Virus record (IMG/VR): IMGVR_UViG_3300031998_000043
Length of the DNA stretch: 64,000 nucleotides
Source of the DNA: a virus
Taxonomy: Duplodnaviria; Heunggongvirae; Uroviricota; Caudoviricetes
Strand: one strand, 5' to 3'
A program made the position numbers and the translations under genes. Below the pieces are notes generated by a model that made no database searches, was not told where the DNA came from, and worked only from the letters and a program-made list of their open reading frames with translations. Below, one piece after another: positions 1-9,196 of the stretch; the first letter of the stretch is position 1; the number at the start of each line of letters is the position of its first letter.

Positions 1-102
1 AGGATGACTGGAGAATTTCAAAATGTCCATAATGTTAATGAAGACGACTTAAAAGAGATGAAAATTAGTTTTGAAAGCTTCGACGGGGAAATTATTAAAT
101 GA
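1..102 (+). CDS. 3' end of an upstream gene truncated by the window edge; its stop TGA overlaps the next start (ATGA)
   Basis: open frame from position 1 to TGA at 100-102. Confidence 0.35.
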   Translation, partial: RMTGEFQNVHNVNEDDLKEMKISFESFDGEIIK

Positions 103-542
103 CTATGCTGGAATTTCTTGTGCATAAGAAGCTCGACGAGCTTATGAGAGCATTTGGACAAAACGACCGTGATCTTGATGCATATGTGCCTAACGATATG
201 TTTCCATTTATAAGTAGAAACTGGTCTTCAATGTTCTATAATGTTAAGCAACTTACAACCAAAGTTTGCGAAGTCTTGATAAATATTAGAACAGAGATGA
301 GCTACTTCGGTGGTGAACATATTTACTTAACAAAAGGAAGCACTCAAGTTTATAACATTGAGCATGTGACAGGTCTCAACCTACAACCGACTATTAAATC
401 TATGATGGGTCTATTAGAGAAGTGTATGATGATAAGAAACCTTCCTGACGTTATTGCAGGTAACAACGATCTTACTAATACAACTTTACCTGATGACGAC
501 TTCTGGTCTGATATTGGTGTTGAGTATCGAGTAGATGGATGA
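99..542 (+). CDS. hypothetical protein
   Basis: 147-aa ORF; start overlaps the upstream stop. Confidence 0.55.
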   Translation: MTMLEFLVHKKLDELMRAFGQNDRDLDAYVPNDMFPFISRNWSSMFYNVKQLTTKVCEVLINIRTEMSYFGGEHIYLTKGSTQVYNIEHVTGLNLQPTIKSMMGLLEKCMMIRNLPDVIAGNNDLTNTTLPDDDFWSDIGVEYRVDG

Positions 543-1011
543 TATGAGAATGATATATCCTACTAATAGTACATCTTTGACCCACTTTATCCAATCTGCC
601 TTTTATGGAGAGACCTCTGATGATGCATTCAATATGGCAAAGGCATTTGGAATGCACATGACCAGAGCAAATAATGGGACATCCGAATTAATACTTAACT
701 TCAGAGTATCATTATGCGAAGACCTTTATCCATCTCCAGTATCACCTTTAGTGATAGATTCATACAGACAGTTTTCTAAAGATGCTTCGGTTGTTCCAGT
801 AGTACTCTTTAAGAAATGTACAGAATTTAGGACTTTTAGGTATGATGGAATGCTTAAGATAGATCCTATTATCTCTAATATCAGACAAGATGCGCTTATA
901 GATCCACAAGTAGGTGATCTTACAAAACATCTTATTGGTCTATTAGAATGTACAATAGATGCACTGAACAAAGCTTTTCCAGATGAATGGAAGAAAGAAT
1001 GTCTGAGGTAA
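535..1011 (+). CDS. hypothetical protein
   Basis: 158-aa ORF overlapping the previous gene by 8 nt. Confidence 0.55.
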   Translation: MDDMRMIYPTNSTSLTHFIQSAFYGETSDDAFNMAKAFGMHMTRANNGTSELILNFRVSLCEDLYPSPVSPLVIDSYRQFSKDASVVPVVLFKKCTEFRTFRYDGMLKIDPIISNIRQDALIDPQVGDLTKHLIGLLECTIDALNKAFPDEWKKECLR

Positions 1012-1015
1012 ATTA

Positions 1016-1306
1016 ATGGATAAATATCCCGGTCTTGATTTTGTTATAGCTATTACAATTATAGCTATGATACTCGTTTCTATTGGCCCTATTGCAATAG
1101 CCACTTATCAGAAGGTTTATTACAGCCTACTGCGTATGAAGTTCAAACCTGACAGGTATCAGTCTGTTGCTAGGTACAAGAGAAAAAGAATTCTTGTGTA
1201 TGATGACTATATGCACACGTTTGCAGTCTATCAGTACTATAATAAAACATGGAACAAGATAGCATCTGCATTCCATGAGAAGAGTCTTGAGAATTATTTT
1301 AGGTGA
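1016..1306 (+). CDS. small membrane protein
   Basis: 96 aa; N-terminal hydrophobic helix FVIAITIIAMILVSIGPIAIATY; start 5 nt after the previous stop. Confidence 0.5.
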   Translation: MDKYPGLDFVIAITIIAMILVSIGPIAIATYQKVYYSLLRMKFKPDRYQSVARYKRKRILVYDDYMHTFAVYQYYNKTWNKIASAFHEKSLENYFR

Positions 1307-1342
1307 TGAACTTAATAGTGATCCTAACCAAAGGAGAACTAT

Positions 1343-1561
1343 ATGTTTCATGTGATCATAACTTTCAAGCCTGATTCTCATGGTTTAAAAGCCAAGAATC
1401 GCAAGTTTGATCTGGATTTCGATCCGAAGCTCAATGAGAATTTTGACAAACTTTGCACCGTCCTTAAGGAATCTTATTGGGAAGGTGTACCGGAACCAGT
1501 CAGGAACTCATTCGGAGAGAATCTCCAGATGAACATTCTTAATCTAATAACACTCTCGTAG
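1343..1561 (+). CDS. hypothetical protein
   Basis: 72 aa; RBS AAAGGAGAACTAT before the ATG. Confidence 0.5.
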   Translation: MFHVIITFKPDSHGLKAKNRKFDLDFDPKLNENFDKLCTVLKESYWEGVPEPVRNSFGENLQMNILNLITLS

Positions 1562-1573
1562 TGTTATTTTTTT
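1548..1573 (+). terminator. rho-independent terminator (weak)
   Basis: TAACAC-tctcgta-GTGTTA hairpin followed by TTTTTTT. Confidence 0.4.
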
Positions 1574-1600
1574 CTATAACTAGAAATTGAAGGAGGCGTT

Positions 1601-1747
1601 ATGCAACCCGAACAACTTGATCTCTTCGGTTACACTGCTTCTAATGAGGCTATCACCGCCGCTACTAACATAGAAGCGAAGGAACCTGAAAAGAAAAAGA
1701 AAGAAGAAGATTTCACTCCCTGTAAAGGGCAGACTTCTTTTTTGTAA
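1601..1747 (+). CDS. 48-aa mini-protein with an N-terminal QLDLF beta-clamp-binding-like motif
   Basis: strong RBS GAAGGAGGCGTT-ATG; sequence MQPEQLDLFGY; lysine-rich and acidic tail; too short to appear in the supplied ORF track. Confidence 0.4.
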   Translation: MQPEQLDLFGYTASNEAITAATNIEAKEPEKKKKEEDFTPCKGQTSFL

Positions 1748-1756
1748 TTTTCTATG

Positions 1757-1786
1757 CTCCTATGGACTCCATAGGAGTAATTTTTA
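1757..1786 (+). terminator. rho-independent terminator
   Basis: CTCCTATGGA-C-TCCATAGGAG inverted repeat followed by TAATTTTTA. Confidence 0.5.
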
Positions 1787-1798
1787 CCAGAGGAAAAA

Positions 1799-3607
1799 AT
1801 GGAACAATCTCAGTGGACAAATTCCCAACCTATTGATCTAGTTATCCCTTACGTTGATTCTGCTGACCCATTGTGGAAGTCCGATTTCCGCAGAATGCTT
1901 ACAAAACAGATTGGCGGAAATAGCCCTCAACGCTATAGAGGAAACGGTCTTTTCAAGTATTTCTTCAGAGGTGTGTGTCAAAACATGCCTTGGATCCGTA
2001 CTATTCATGTGGTATTAGCAAGGCCATCACAATTACCTAAATGGCTAAATACTAATAATCCTAAGATCCATGTTGTTTATCACAAGGATTATATTCCTGC
2101 TACAGAACTTCCGACATTTAATAGTAATGTAATCGAGATGTTCTATCATAAAATTCCTGGCCTGTCAGAGAATTTTATTATTGCTAATGATGATTTCTAT
2201 GTACTCCATCCGGCAAGCGAATATGATTTCTTCCGTAACGATAAGCCAGTGGATACAGCTATTCTTGCAGCAGATGATTATAAGAAGAAGGGTCTTGTTT
2301 ATAACTTCAGATGTACTCTCTGGCATAACAACACGCTTCTGTGTAAACTTCTGAAAGTACCGAAAGTTCCTTCTTATAAGATCTTCCATGCATTTACTCC
2401 TATGAAGAAATCCACATATGAGTATGTTTGGCAAAAATGCGGAAAAGATCTAATGGAAGGTATTCATAGATCGGCATTTAGACTATCCAGAAACTTTACT
2501 TGGCATCTGTTCAGAGCATATAGACTGTATAAGAAAGACTATATTGAAGATGGCAGCGTTGTACATGATTACAAATATACCGAAATCAAAGTCTTTAAGG
2601 ATATTGAAAAAGTAACATTTGATTCTACTTATCTTTGTCTTAATGACAAAGCCGGTATGCAAGCTGAAAGAACTTTTGGTGCAATTAGACAAAAGTTTAA
2701 TAGGTTTTTCCCGACTGATTGTCAGTACGAAAAAACAGTGATTGACACAAGTGCAAGAAAAATCATAGGAAGCCCAAAGAGAATGGAAGATTCCTATAAT
2801 GAATTCATGTGTCTTTCTAAAGAAGAACTTGCGGAAAAGTACAAGAATCCTGAAAAATTTGATTATGTAGTTTCTTTTACTTCATTTGGAAGAAGACTAA
2901 AATATGTCCCTATTATGGTATTCTCGTATGTTGTTCTAAAACGAAAGAATATGCGTCTATGTCTTACCATTTATAAGGATGACTACAAAAATATTCCTCC
3001 TGATTTGATGAGGCTTATTGATGCCGGTATTGTTGAGCTTCTTATTTCTGATGTAGACTATGGGCCGCATTTGAAATATGTTGTAGCTATGGACTGCTAT
3101 TATGATAAGCCCATTATCACGATTGATGATGATAGATACTGTTCTAATACTACATTTGATGGCTTGATCAGGGTCTATGAACGCACAAAATTCAAGACCG
3201 TTATCTCCAACTGTTCTATCAAGATGCAGAAAGAGGGTGCTGGTCTTGCTCCACTTAAGAAGTGGCAAGCTTCTAGACAGGATCCCAATACTACATCATT
3301 CATCGGTATGGCTGAAGGTTTTGCTGGTGTATTGTACCCTCCTAAATGCTTTGAAGACTTTGAAAATCATAAGAAAGAAATCATCGAATGCAAATATGAC
3401 GATGATCTATTCCTTAAGGTTAGAGAAATCGAAGCAGGTATTCCTGTGACGACAACCAGTATGGTTGATGTCCATGAAGGAAGTACACAGATCCGTGCAA
3501 TGCTACCTTGGAATCTTCATAAGAATGTGAATAGCAATGCCTCCGATAATCGAAACAAGATGATTAGGAAGTTTGCTAAACGTCTGTTAAAAGGATTTCA
3601 GTTATAG
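1799..3607 (+). CDS. Stealth-family (CR1-CR4) hexose-1-phosphoryl transferase with a C-terminal extra domain carrying a DDD motif
   Basis: CR1 IDLVIPYVDSADPLW; CR2 IRTIHVVLARPSQLPKWL; CR3 VYHKDYIPATELPTFNSNVIEMFYHKIPGLSENFIIANDDFYV. Confidence 0.85.
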   Translation: MEQSQWTNSQPIDLVIPYVDSADPLWKSDFRRMLTKQIGGNSPQRYRGNGLFKYFFRGVCQNMPWIRTIHVVLARPSQLPKWLNTNNPKIHVVYHKDYIPATELPTFNSNVIEMFYHKIPGLSENFIIANDDFYVLHPASEYDFFRNDKPVDTAILAADDYKKKGLVYNFRCTLWHNNTLLCKLLKVPKVPSYKIFHAFTPMKKSTYEYVWQKCGKDLMEGIHRSAFRLSRNFTWHLFRAYRLYKKDYIEDGSVVHDYKYTEIKVFKDIEKVTFDSTYLCLNDKAGMQAERTFGAIRQKFNRFFPTDCQYEKTVIDTSARKIIGSPKRMEDSYNEFMCLSKEELAEKYKNPEKFDYVVSFTSFGRRLKYVPIMVFSYVVLKRKNMRLCLTIYKDDYKNIPPDLMRLIDAGIVELLISDVDYGPHLKYVVAMDCYYDKPIITIDDDRYCSNTTFDGLIRVYERTKFKTVISNCSIKMQKEGAGLAPLKKWQASRQDPNTTSFIGMAEGFAGVLYPPKCFEDFENHKKEIIECKYDDDLFLKVREIEAGIPVTTTSMVDVHEGSTQIRAMLPWNLHKNVNSNASDNRNKMIRKFAKRLLKGFQL

Positions 3608-3615
3608 GAGATCTT

Positions 3616-4224
3616 ATGATTATCTTGTCTAACTCATGCTTAGGTGGAAATCTTTATAAGCACTTTCTTAAGTCAGAATATAAATCCGTTTTCGTATGGA
3701 ACGCAATACGTTATATAGACTTTTTTGAAATAGCGTCTAAATTTCCTAATATCGACCTTAGTATTAAGAACTTAGGCATACAAGATGACTCCTTTGCATT
3801 TGTAAGACTTAAGAATGATATGAAGATCTTGTTCACTCATTATCATATCTCAGAAAATTCAGATATAGTACAAGATGGTGAAGATGTATTTAGTAAGGAT
3901 ATTCTGCTTTATACCAAAGCAAAGTACCTATCGAGATACAAGAGAATGGAGGACGCTATCAAACGAAAAGAGGATAAAATCCTCGCATTTCAAGACACTA
4001 TGTTCGAATTTGAACCAAAGAAATATGGGCCAATTTCAGAAAATCTTGTTTTGAAATTATTAGGACTAGAGGGATACAAGAAAAAGATTATTATGACTAG
4101 ATATAAAGCCCTCGAAAAATTAAGCAATGATAATGTTATGATAAAAGGAATAGATGCGCATATTCCGCCTATGACATTTCTTAATGAACATAAAACAGAA
4201 ATAAAAGAATTTTTAAATTGTTAA
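3616..4224 (+). CDS. hypothetical protein
   Basis: 202 aa; starts 9 nt after the Stealth gene stop. Confidence 0.55.
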   Translation: MIILSNSCLGGNLYKHFLKSEYKSVFVWNAIRYIDFFEIASKFPNIDLSIKNLGIQDDSFAFVRLKNDMKILFTHYHISENSDIVQDGEDVFSKDILLYTKAKYLSRYKRMEDAIKRKEDKILAFQDTMFEFEPKKYGPISENLVLKLLGLEGYKKKIIMTRYKALEKLSNDNVMIKGIDAHIPPMTFLNEHKTEIKEFLNC

Positions 4225-4227
4225 AAT

Positions 4228-4260
4228 ATATCTCTAGGATTATCCTAGAGATATTTTTAT
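4228..4260. terminator. bidirectional terminator between convergent genes
   Basis: perfect palindrome ATATCTCTAGGAT-T-ATCCTAGAGATAT followed by TTTTTAT. Confidence 0.6.
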
Positions 4261-6350
4261 TATCTAACAGGGCCAGCCGAGAATAACGACCAAGCTTTTC
4301 TGGAGTAGATACTTTCTGTAGCACCTTTAGCAGCAGATGGCATCAATTTAGCAAACTGTGTTGCAGCCTTCAATTTATGAGCCATACTACCGCCAGAATA
4401 GATTTCCTGATAGCCTACGCCACATAGAGAATCAAGCCAAGCAGCCATATTAATATCGGCAGCAAATCCAGCAGGGCCAGTTGGCACCGAAAGATATGGA
4501 TCTATATCAGTAATTGACATATTAACTTCAATCGCAGAAGCTAGACCATTGGCTGTATAGGTATTTTGATCAGGAGCTCTTCTAAAGTCGATGGTAGAAA
4601 CATATCCTTCACTGATTGTAAACATACCCGGACAGTCACATCTAATAACAAATGGAGTAGTGGCTCCATAAAAAGAAGTCTGTATAGGTAGAGAACAAGC
4701 AAGCAATGCCAAGAAGGGTTTATACACATATTCTACTAAAGACTGATAATTTCCATATGGAGATTCAAGTCTGAACGAAAGTGTATAAGATCTTGACATG
4801 TCAGAGCTTTGCCAGAACTTAGGCCAGTGCATGGTACTATTACCAATAACGGCAGAAATCGGATTCTTGGCTCCAGCCATCTTTTCTAGTCGGCCTATAG
4901 CTTTTCCAGAAAATGCCGTTCCGAAATATGAGGAAATAGTCTTTCTAAAGTTATTTACTTGATCCTTCAATCCGTCGATTGTTGACTCAAGCTGTCCACC
5001 TTCAAAACTGTTACTAGCATTCTCAGTAATAGTACAGTTTGGCCCAAGGGCTATGGCTATATGTCCCCAGCCGTTCATATTTAAACCGCCAAGCGGATCC
5101 TTTACATCATCAATAGACATAGACATAGCTGGCTTATTAGAAATTCTAGCCAGAACTTTGGCCATTAGAGCAGAATACACACGCTGAAATTTCATAGGCG
5201 TAGGTTCAAACCAACCCATACGCTTATTTTTATCAGCAGAGTATCTAACCATTTTATAGATGGCTGAATCCGTGTCAAATACAAATTCACCAGTTTCGCC
5301 TTTCTCAAAATCCTCCAATTCTTTTTCTAGCTGATAGGAGGATGTTCTAGCTTCTCTGGCTGTAAAGCCACCATACCAAAGATTTCCGGGAATGATATTC
5401 AGAACATGTGTTGTAGCCATTACATGATTATTATAATTTCTGTGCATAGGGTCTATAATCATGCTAGCAGTTGGAGGCGTGTTCATCACATAAGTTCTAT
5501 ATAAAGCAGAAGGAGTTCCTTTCATTACATCTTCTGCCTTAATATCGTAGACACGTCTGAATAAGCTAATAGCCTTTGTGAAAACCGAACCAGTAAGCTC
5601 AATAAGCTTATCTATTGCTGCAGATCCAAGAGCTTTAAGTGAGAAACCTTCTTGTACAGATAATGCAAAAGCTTCGGCTGCTGTTACCTTATCGTCAAAC
5701 CATGTTGAGAGTCTATCTGTAATAAAATCTTTCGCATTTGTAAAATCTTTAAATACAGAATCAAGGAATTTATCTTTTAATCCTCCAAGATCTACGCCTT
5801 TAAGATTTTCCATACCACCAGCAAGGCTTTGATAAACCTTGTCCACGGTCGTTCCTTCAAGAGCAGATGCGAGAGCTTTAACTTCATCAGCATTACCACC
5901 GCCTACGCCGGACTTACCAAGAAAAATGCTAAGAGCATATCCTAGACCAGTCTTAGTTCCATAGCGGTCATCTTTAAGCTTTAGATTATCCATTGCATCG
6001 GCAAAAACCTGATGATTAGCAATCTGACCATATCCAGCATTAACCATAGCGTAAAAAGCCCAGCTATCTGCAGCTCTAATGTTGGAGGTAATGTCAGCGA
6101 TACCTTGGTTTGTCTCAGACATCCATTGCAAACGCATCTGGTAATTCATCTTATTAACTGCTTTTTTACGATCTGCCCCAATATTCTCTCTACCAGTCAT
6201 ATACTCAGCCATGCTTCTATACGGGCTATTTCCGAACCCATAAGGTTCGGCCTTTGCATCTTTGGCTTTGTATTCAACATCCCAAGTTTGATTTTCCTTG
6301 ACACCATCAGCGTAAGCAATTTGTGCCCAAGTATTTGCTGTGTCTGCCAT
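4260..6350 (-). CDS. large, probably highly expressed virion structural protein (696 aa; function unknown)
   Basis: single long reverse-strand ORF with RBS AAAGAGGTATAT; GC-enriched codon usage compared with its neighbours. Confidence 0.6.
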   Translation of the reverse strand: MADTANTWAQIAYADGVKENQTWDVEYKAKDAKAEPYGFGNSPYRSMAEYMTGRENIGADRKKAVNKMNYQMRLQWMSETNQGIADITSNIRAADSWAFYAMVNAGYGQIANHQVFADAMDNLKLKDDRYGTKTGLGYALSIFLGKSGVGGGNADEVKALASALEGTTVDKVYQSLAGGMENLKGVDLGGLKDKFLDSVFKDFTNAKDFITDRLSTWFDDKVTAAEAFALSVQEGFSLKALGSAAIDKLIELTGSVFTKAISLFRRVYDIKAEDVMKGTPSALYRTYVMNTPPTASMIIDPMHRNYNNHVMATTHVLNIIPGNLWYGGFTAREARTSSYQLEKELEDFEKGETGEFVFDTDSAIYKMVRYSADKNKRMGWFEPTPMKFQRVYSALMAKVLARISNKPAMSMSIDDVKDPLGGLNMNGWGHIAIALGPNCTITENASNSFEGGQLESTIDGLKDQVNNFRKTISSYFGTAFSGKAIGRLEKMAGAKNPISAVIGNSTMHWPKFWQSSDMSRSYTLSFRLESPYGNYQSLVEYVYKPFLALLACSLPIQTSFYGATTPFVIRCDCPGMFTISEGYVSTIDFRRAPDQNTYTANGLASAIEVNMSITDIDPYLSVPTGPAGFAADINMAAWLDSLCGVGYQEIYSGGSMAHKLKAATQFAKLMPSAAKGATESIYSRKAWSLFSAGPVR

Positions 6351-6426
6351 ATATACCTCTTTTATTCATTCAAAAGTTTCCATAAGCTAAAATACCATAT
6401 TAAACCATACCTTTATAGGAGATAAT

Positions 6427-6621
6427 ATGACTGAACAAAACAGACAATTCCTCGACACTGTTGTCGAAAAACTGAACGCCGAGTGCAATGCAGAAATTAA
6501 GATTTCTTCGCAATATGGGAGCGTCGGAATCGAAACCGCCACCGGCTGGTATAATATTGACGGTTACAATACTCTCGGTATGCTTAGGATTATTGCTAAA
6601 GCTACCGATTACATCCAATAA
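6427..6621 (+). CDS. hypothetical small protein
   Basis: 64 aa; RBS TAGGAGATAAT-ATG. Confidence 0.5.
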   Translation: MTEQNRQFLDTVVEKLNAECNAEIKISSQYGSVGIETATGWYNIDGYNTLGMLRIIAKATDYIQ

Positions 6622-6631
6622 GGAGCAAATT

Positions 6632-6811
6632 ATGGGTATATTCTCTAATTTTAGAAAGACACCAGCAGAAGATACTACTAAGACTACTGCTAAGACAACT
6701 TCTGACAAAAATGGATTCTTTGGAAAGTTCAGGATTGCCGAGGACACTGCTAAGGATGACAAAAAGCCTAAAGTTGGGTTTTTCGGTAATATTCTTTCTG
6801 ATGCCAAATAG
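6632..6811 (+). CDS. hypothetical small lysine- and threonine-rich protein
   Basis: 59 aa; RBS AGGAGCAAATT-ATG; this internal start is preferred over the ATG at 6488. Confidence 0.5.
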   Translation: MGIFSNFRKTPAEDTTKTTAKTTSDKNGFFGKFRIAEDTAKDDKKPKVGFFGNILSDAK

Positions 6812-6819
6812 AGGAAATT

Positions 6820-7266
6820 ATGGACTATACAAAGATTGGCTATGAGGCTCTTGGACAGCTGATTGGCGAAAGACAGTTTTGGGATGCATGGAAAAATGTG
6901 CCTGAAACTATGCCAAGAGACTTCTCTATTGAAGCCTTTAAGGACTACAAAGAGAATGCTAAGAATCAGATCTTTGCCTATGCAGACAATGCTGATGGCG
7001 AAAAAGCACCCGGAATCTTCAGGATCGTTGTTATGCCTTTGCATGATGATGGTATTCACCTGCTTGATTTCGAGTACACTGGTATTAGCGAAAACATTAT
7101 CCATATTGGTTTCACTGATTATGCCGAAGCTCATGTGATGCCTGTATCCTTTGACAATGATGACCTGACATGCCAAAAGTATGCCAAGTCTATCTTCACC
7201 ATCTTTAGGGATTGCTTCTCTGAAGCTGATAGGACAAAGTTGATGAAGGACTTCGCAAGCATCTAA
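6820..7266 (+). CDS. hypothetical protein
   Basis: 148 aa; RBS AGAGGAAATT-ATG. Confidence 0.55.
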   Translation: MDYTKIGYEALGQLIGERQFWDAWKNVPETMPRDFSIEAFKDYKENAKNQIFAYADNADGEKAPGIFRIVVMPLHDDGIHLLDFEYTGISENIIHIGFTDYAEAHVMPVSFDNDDLTCQKYAKSIFTIFRDCFSEADRTKLMKDFASI

Positions 7267-7312
7267 AGAACTTCTAAACTCGTCATCGAATAAGTGCAAC
7301 AAGGGAGTTTGT

Positions 7313-7813
7313 ATGATTTTCGATTTGAGAGAGTTTAGAGATCTTGGGAAATGTTCCACTGGTTCCATGCTGGACTATTGGGATACCGATAAATGCACTA
7401 TCCATACGGATGGAGACAAGGTTGAGATCCAAAAGGTTCAAGACCTCTTTCCGTTCTTATGGAGAAGTGCAGGTATCTCTTCTGGTTCAGCTGATGGAAC
7501 TAGGAACTTTTTCTTTTTTGGAAAGTCCGGCTACTGGTGGGATAGATACGAAAATGATAGACAAGATCGTGTTATAAAACAAGCTAGACGATGGATCAGA
7601 CAGAAAGGTAAGGATGATATTGAAGGATTCCTTAATAGTCTGTTTACTAATGATGAAAAATCTATTGGGAAGATTATCTTTGATACTATAGCTGCCAAGC
7701 CGTATTCTAGAAAGAAATTAGAGATTCCAGAAGATTGTAAGTCCGATAGCTACAAGCAATACATGATTAGGATGAAAGAGATTCAACGAAAGCTAATCGA
7801 AGCAAATAAGTAA
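7313..7813 (+). CDS. hypothetical protein
   Basis: 166 aa; RBS CAAGGGAG before the ATG. Confidence 0.55.
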   Translation: MIFDLREFRDLGKCSTGSMLDYWDTDKCTIHTDGDKVEIQKVQDLFPFLWRSAGISSGSADGTRNFFFFGKSGYWWDRYENDRQDRVIKQARRWIRQKGKDDIEGFLNSLFTNDEKSIGKIIFDTIAAKPYSRKKLEIPEDCKSDSYKQYMIRMKEIQRKLIEANK

Positions 7814-7818
7814 AATAT

Positions 7819-7849
7819 ATCCGTAGGTTAAGCCTACGGATTATTTTTG
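7819..7849 (+). terminator. rho-independent terminator
   Basis: ATCCGTAGG-TTAAG-CCTACGGAT followed by TATTTTTG. Confidence 0.65.
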
Positions 7850-7851
7850 TC

Positions 7852-7862
7852 TTGTATATAAT
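7852..7862 (+). promoter_or_regulatory. promoter-like TTGTATATAAT element in front of the paralog array
   Basis: variant of the reiterated GTATATTAA motif; 33 nt upstream of the ATG at 7886. Confidence 0.4.
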
Positions 7863-7885
7863 TTTTTGTATACTTTAGGAGAGTT

Positions 7886-8248
7886 ATGTTTAACAATATA
7901 ATGCGATCTTGTGGCTTTAGGATTGACGCATCACAATCACACATGATAAAATACTTCCTTGAACTTCGTGGGATAACTGGTGTTTTGCATCAATGGCCAT
8001 CATTTGACTATGACATTAATACTGCTATAGCAGTTATTTATAAGCACAGAAGAGATGCTTATCTGGCTGGATTAGGTACAGAATTAAAACTTTTTACAAT
8101 ACCAGAATACGAAATTATGAGATACATTATCGGCTCAATAGAGAAGTCGATTGAAAAAGAAATCAGGCTGACCAAACGGAAGGCAAATAATTTTGAAATA
8201 AGGATACAGGATAATGGATACGGAGATTATGTTTACGCGCATGGCTAA
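7886..8248 (+). CDS. array paralog P1 (shared C-terminal helix family)
   Basis: N-terminal MRSCGF; C-terminal EIMRYIIGSIEKSIEKEI; RBS AGGAG. Confidence 0.65.
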   Translation: MFNNIMRSCGFRIDASQSHMIKYFLELRGITGVLHQWPSFDYDINTAIAVIYKHRRDAYLAGLGTELKLFTIPEYEIMRYIIGSIEKSIEKEIRLTKRKANNFEIRIQDNGYGDYVYAHG

Positions 8249-8516
8249 AGCTAACGGGTTTATGGTCGATCGACCGTACTTTGTATTACGTATAGCTAGA
8301 CAGAATAGAAGACGTATAGACCATTTGTTTTCTGATTTTGAATTTATTGATTACTGCACACGAGTTTCTCTGAAGAGGCATAAGACGAAGGCTGCCGCTG
8401 CAAGACTTGATGAAAATTTTGCAATTATAGGAGGAGACAGGAATCTCATGATGAGATATATTATGGGAGATCTTGAAGCCTCTATTGAACGTGATTTACA
8501 TCCACATGGAGCATAG
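8214..8516 (+). CDS. array paralog P2
   Basis: MAKANGF ... LMMRYIMGDLEASIERDL; overlaps P1 by 35 nt. Confidence 0.6.
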   Translation: MDTEIMFTRMAKANGFMVDRPYFVLRIARQNRRRIDHLFSDFEFIDYCTRVSLKRHKTKAAAARLDENFAIIGGDRNLMMRYIMGDLEASIERDLHPHGA

Positions 8517-8519
8517 AAA

Positions 8520-8840
8520 ATGCCTACTTGGGACTTTTTAACAATGATTATGGCTTGTGGCTATAGACATGACAGTGGGAATAGATTTATTCTTACACTC
8601 GGATATGAGGAGGCATCTAGCAATGCTCTTCCAGACTTTATTCTGAGCAATGATGGAACATTTATACAACAAAGATTTCTTTCTGTCATTGCGAAGGCCG
8701 ATCTTAGCCCTACTCAGCCTTACAAGGGATTGCCAAATTCATTTATGTTACGTTATCTTATAGGACTACTAGAAGAGCATGTAGAGTTCAATAGAATGTT
8801 CTGGGATGTGCCGGAGGATGCATGGTCACTGGCGTACTAG
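8520..8840 (+). CDS. array paralog P3
   Basis: MIMACGY ... FMLRYLIGLLEEHVEF. Confidence 0.65.
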   Translation: MPTWDFLTMIMACGYRHDSGNRFILTLGYEEASSNALPDFILSNDGTFIQQRFLSVIAKADLSPTQPYKGLPNSFMLRYLIGLLEEHVEFNRMFWDVPEDAWSLAY

Positions 8841-9196
8841 ATCGTTTTCACGATGATTATCATCTCTTCAAGTTCTTGCAAGTTATGATGCACAAAGATA
8901 ATGACTTGACATTAGACAATGAATCGCAAACTTCGATAGGGTTCACACTTGAAATATATGATCATACTCCACGATTCAGGGGAGTTCATCTTATAGCAAA
9001 GTATACCTACATCGGCTTATTCATAACGGCAGACAGTTATGGTTATCATCCACCGTTTAACAAACACTTTCTCCTTGAAATAGATCCATATGACATAGCT
9101 GGATATATGATAGGAACACTTGAAAAATGTATTGAGGCAACAAATCATGATCCTTCATCTATCGATACCACTTTTACACGAAATATTGATCTCTAA
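8822..9196 (+). CDS. array paralog P4
   Basis: IDPYDIAGYMIGTLEKCIEATN; overlaps P3 by 19 nt. Confidence 0.6.
   Translation: MVTGVLDRFHDDYHLFKFLQVMMHKDNDLTLDNESQTSIGFTLEIYDHTPRFRGVHLIAKYTYIGLFITADSYGYHPPFNKHFLLEIDPYDIAGYMIGTLEKCIEATNHDPSSIDTTFTRNIDL

Noticed and set aside
6400-7368. 322-aa minus-strand ORF spanning three plus-strand genes
   Set aside because: It has no RBS. The three plus-strand genes each have strong AGGAG sites and tight spacing.
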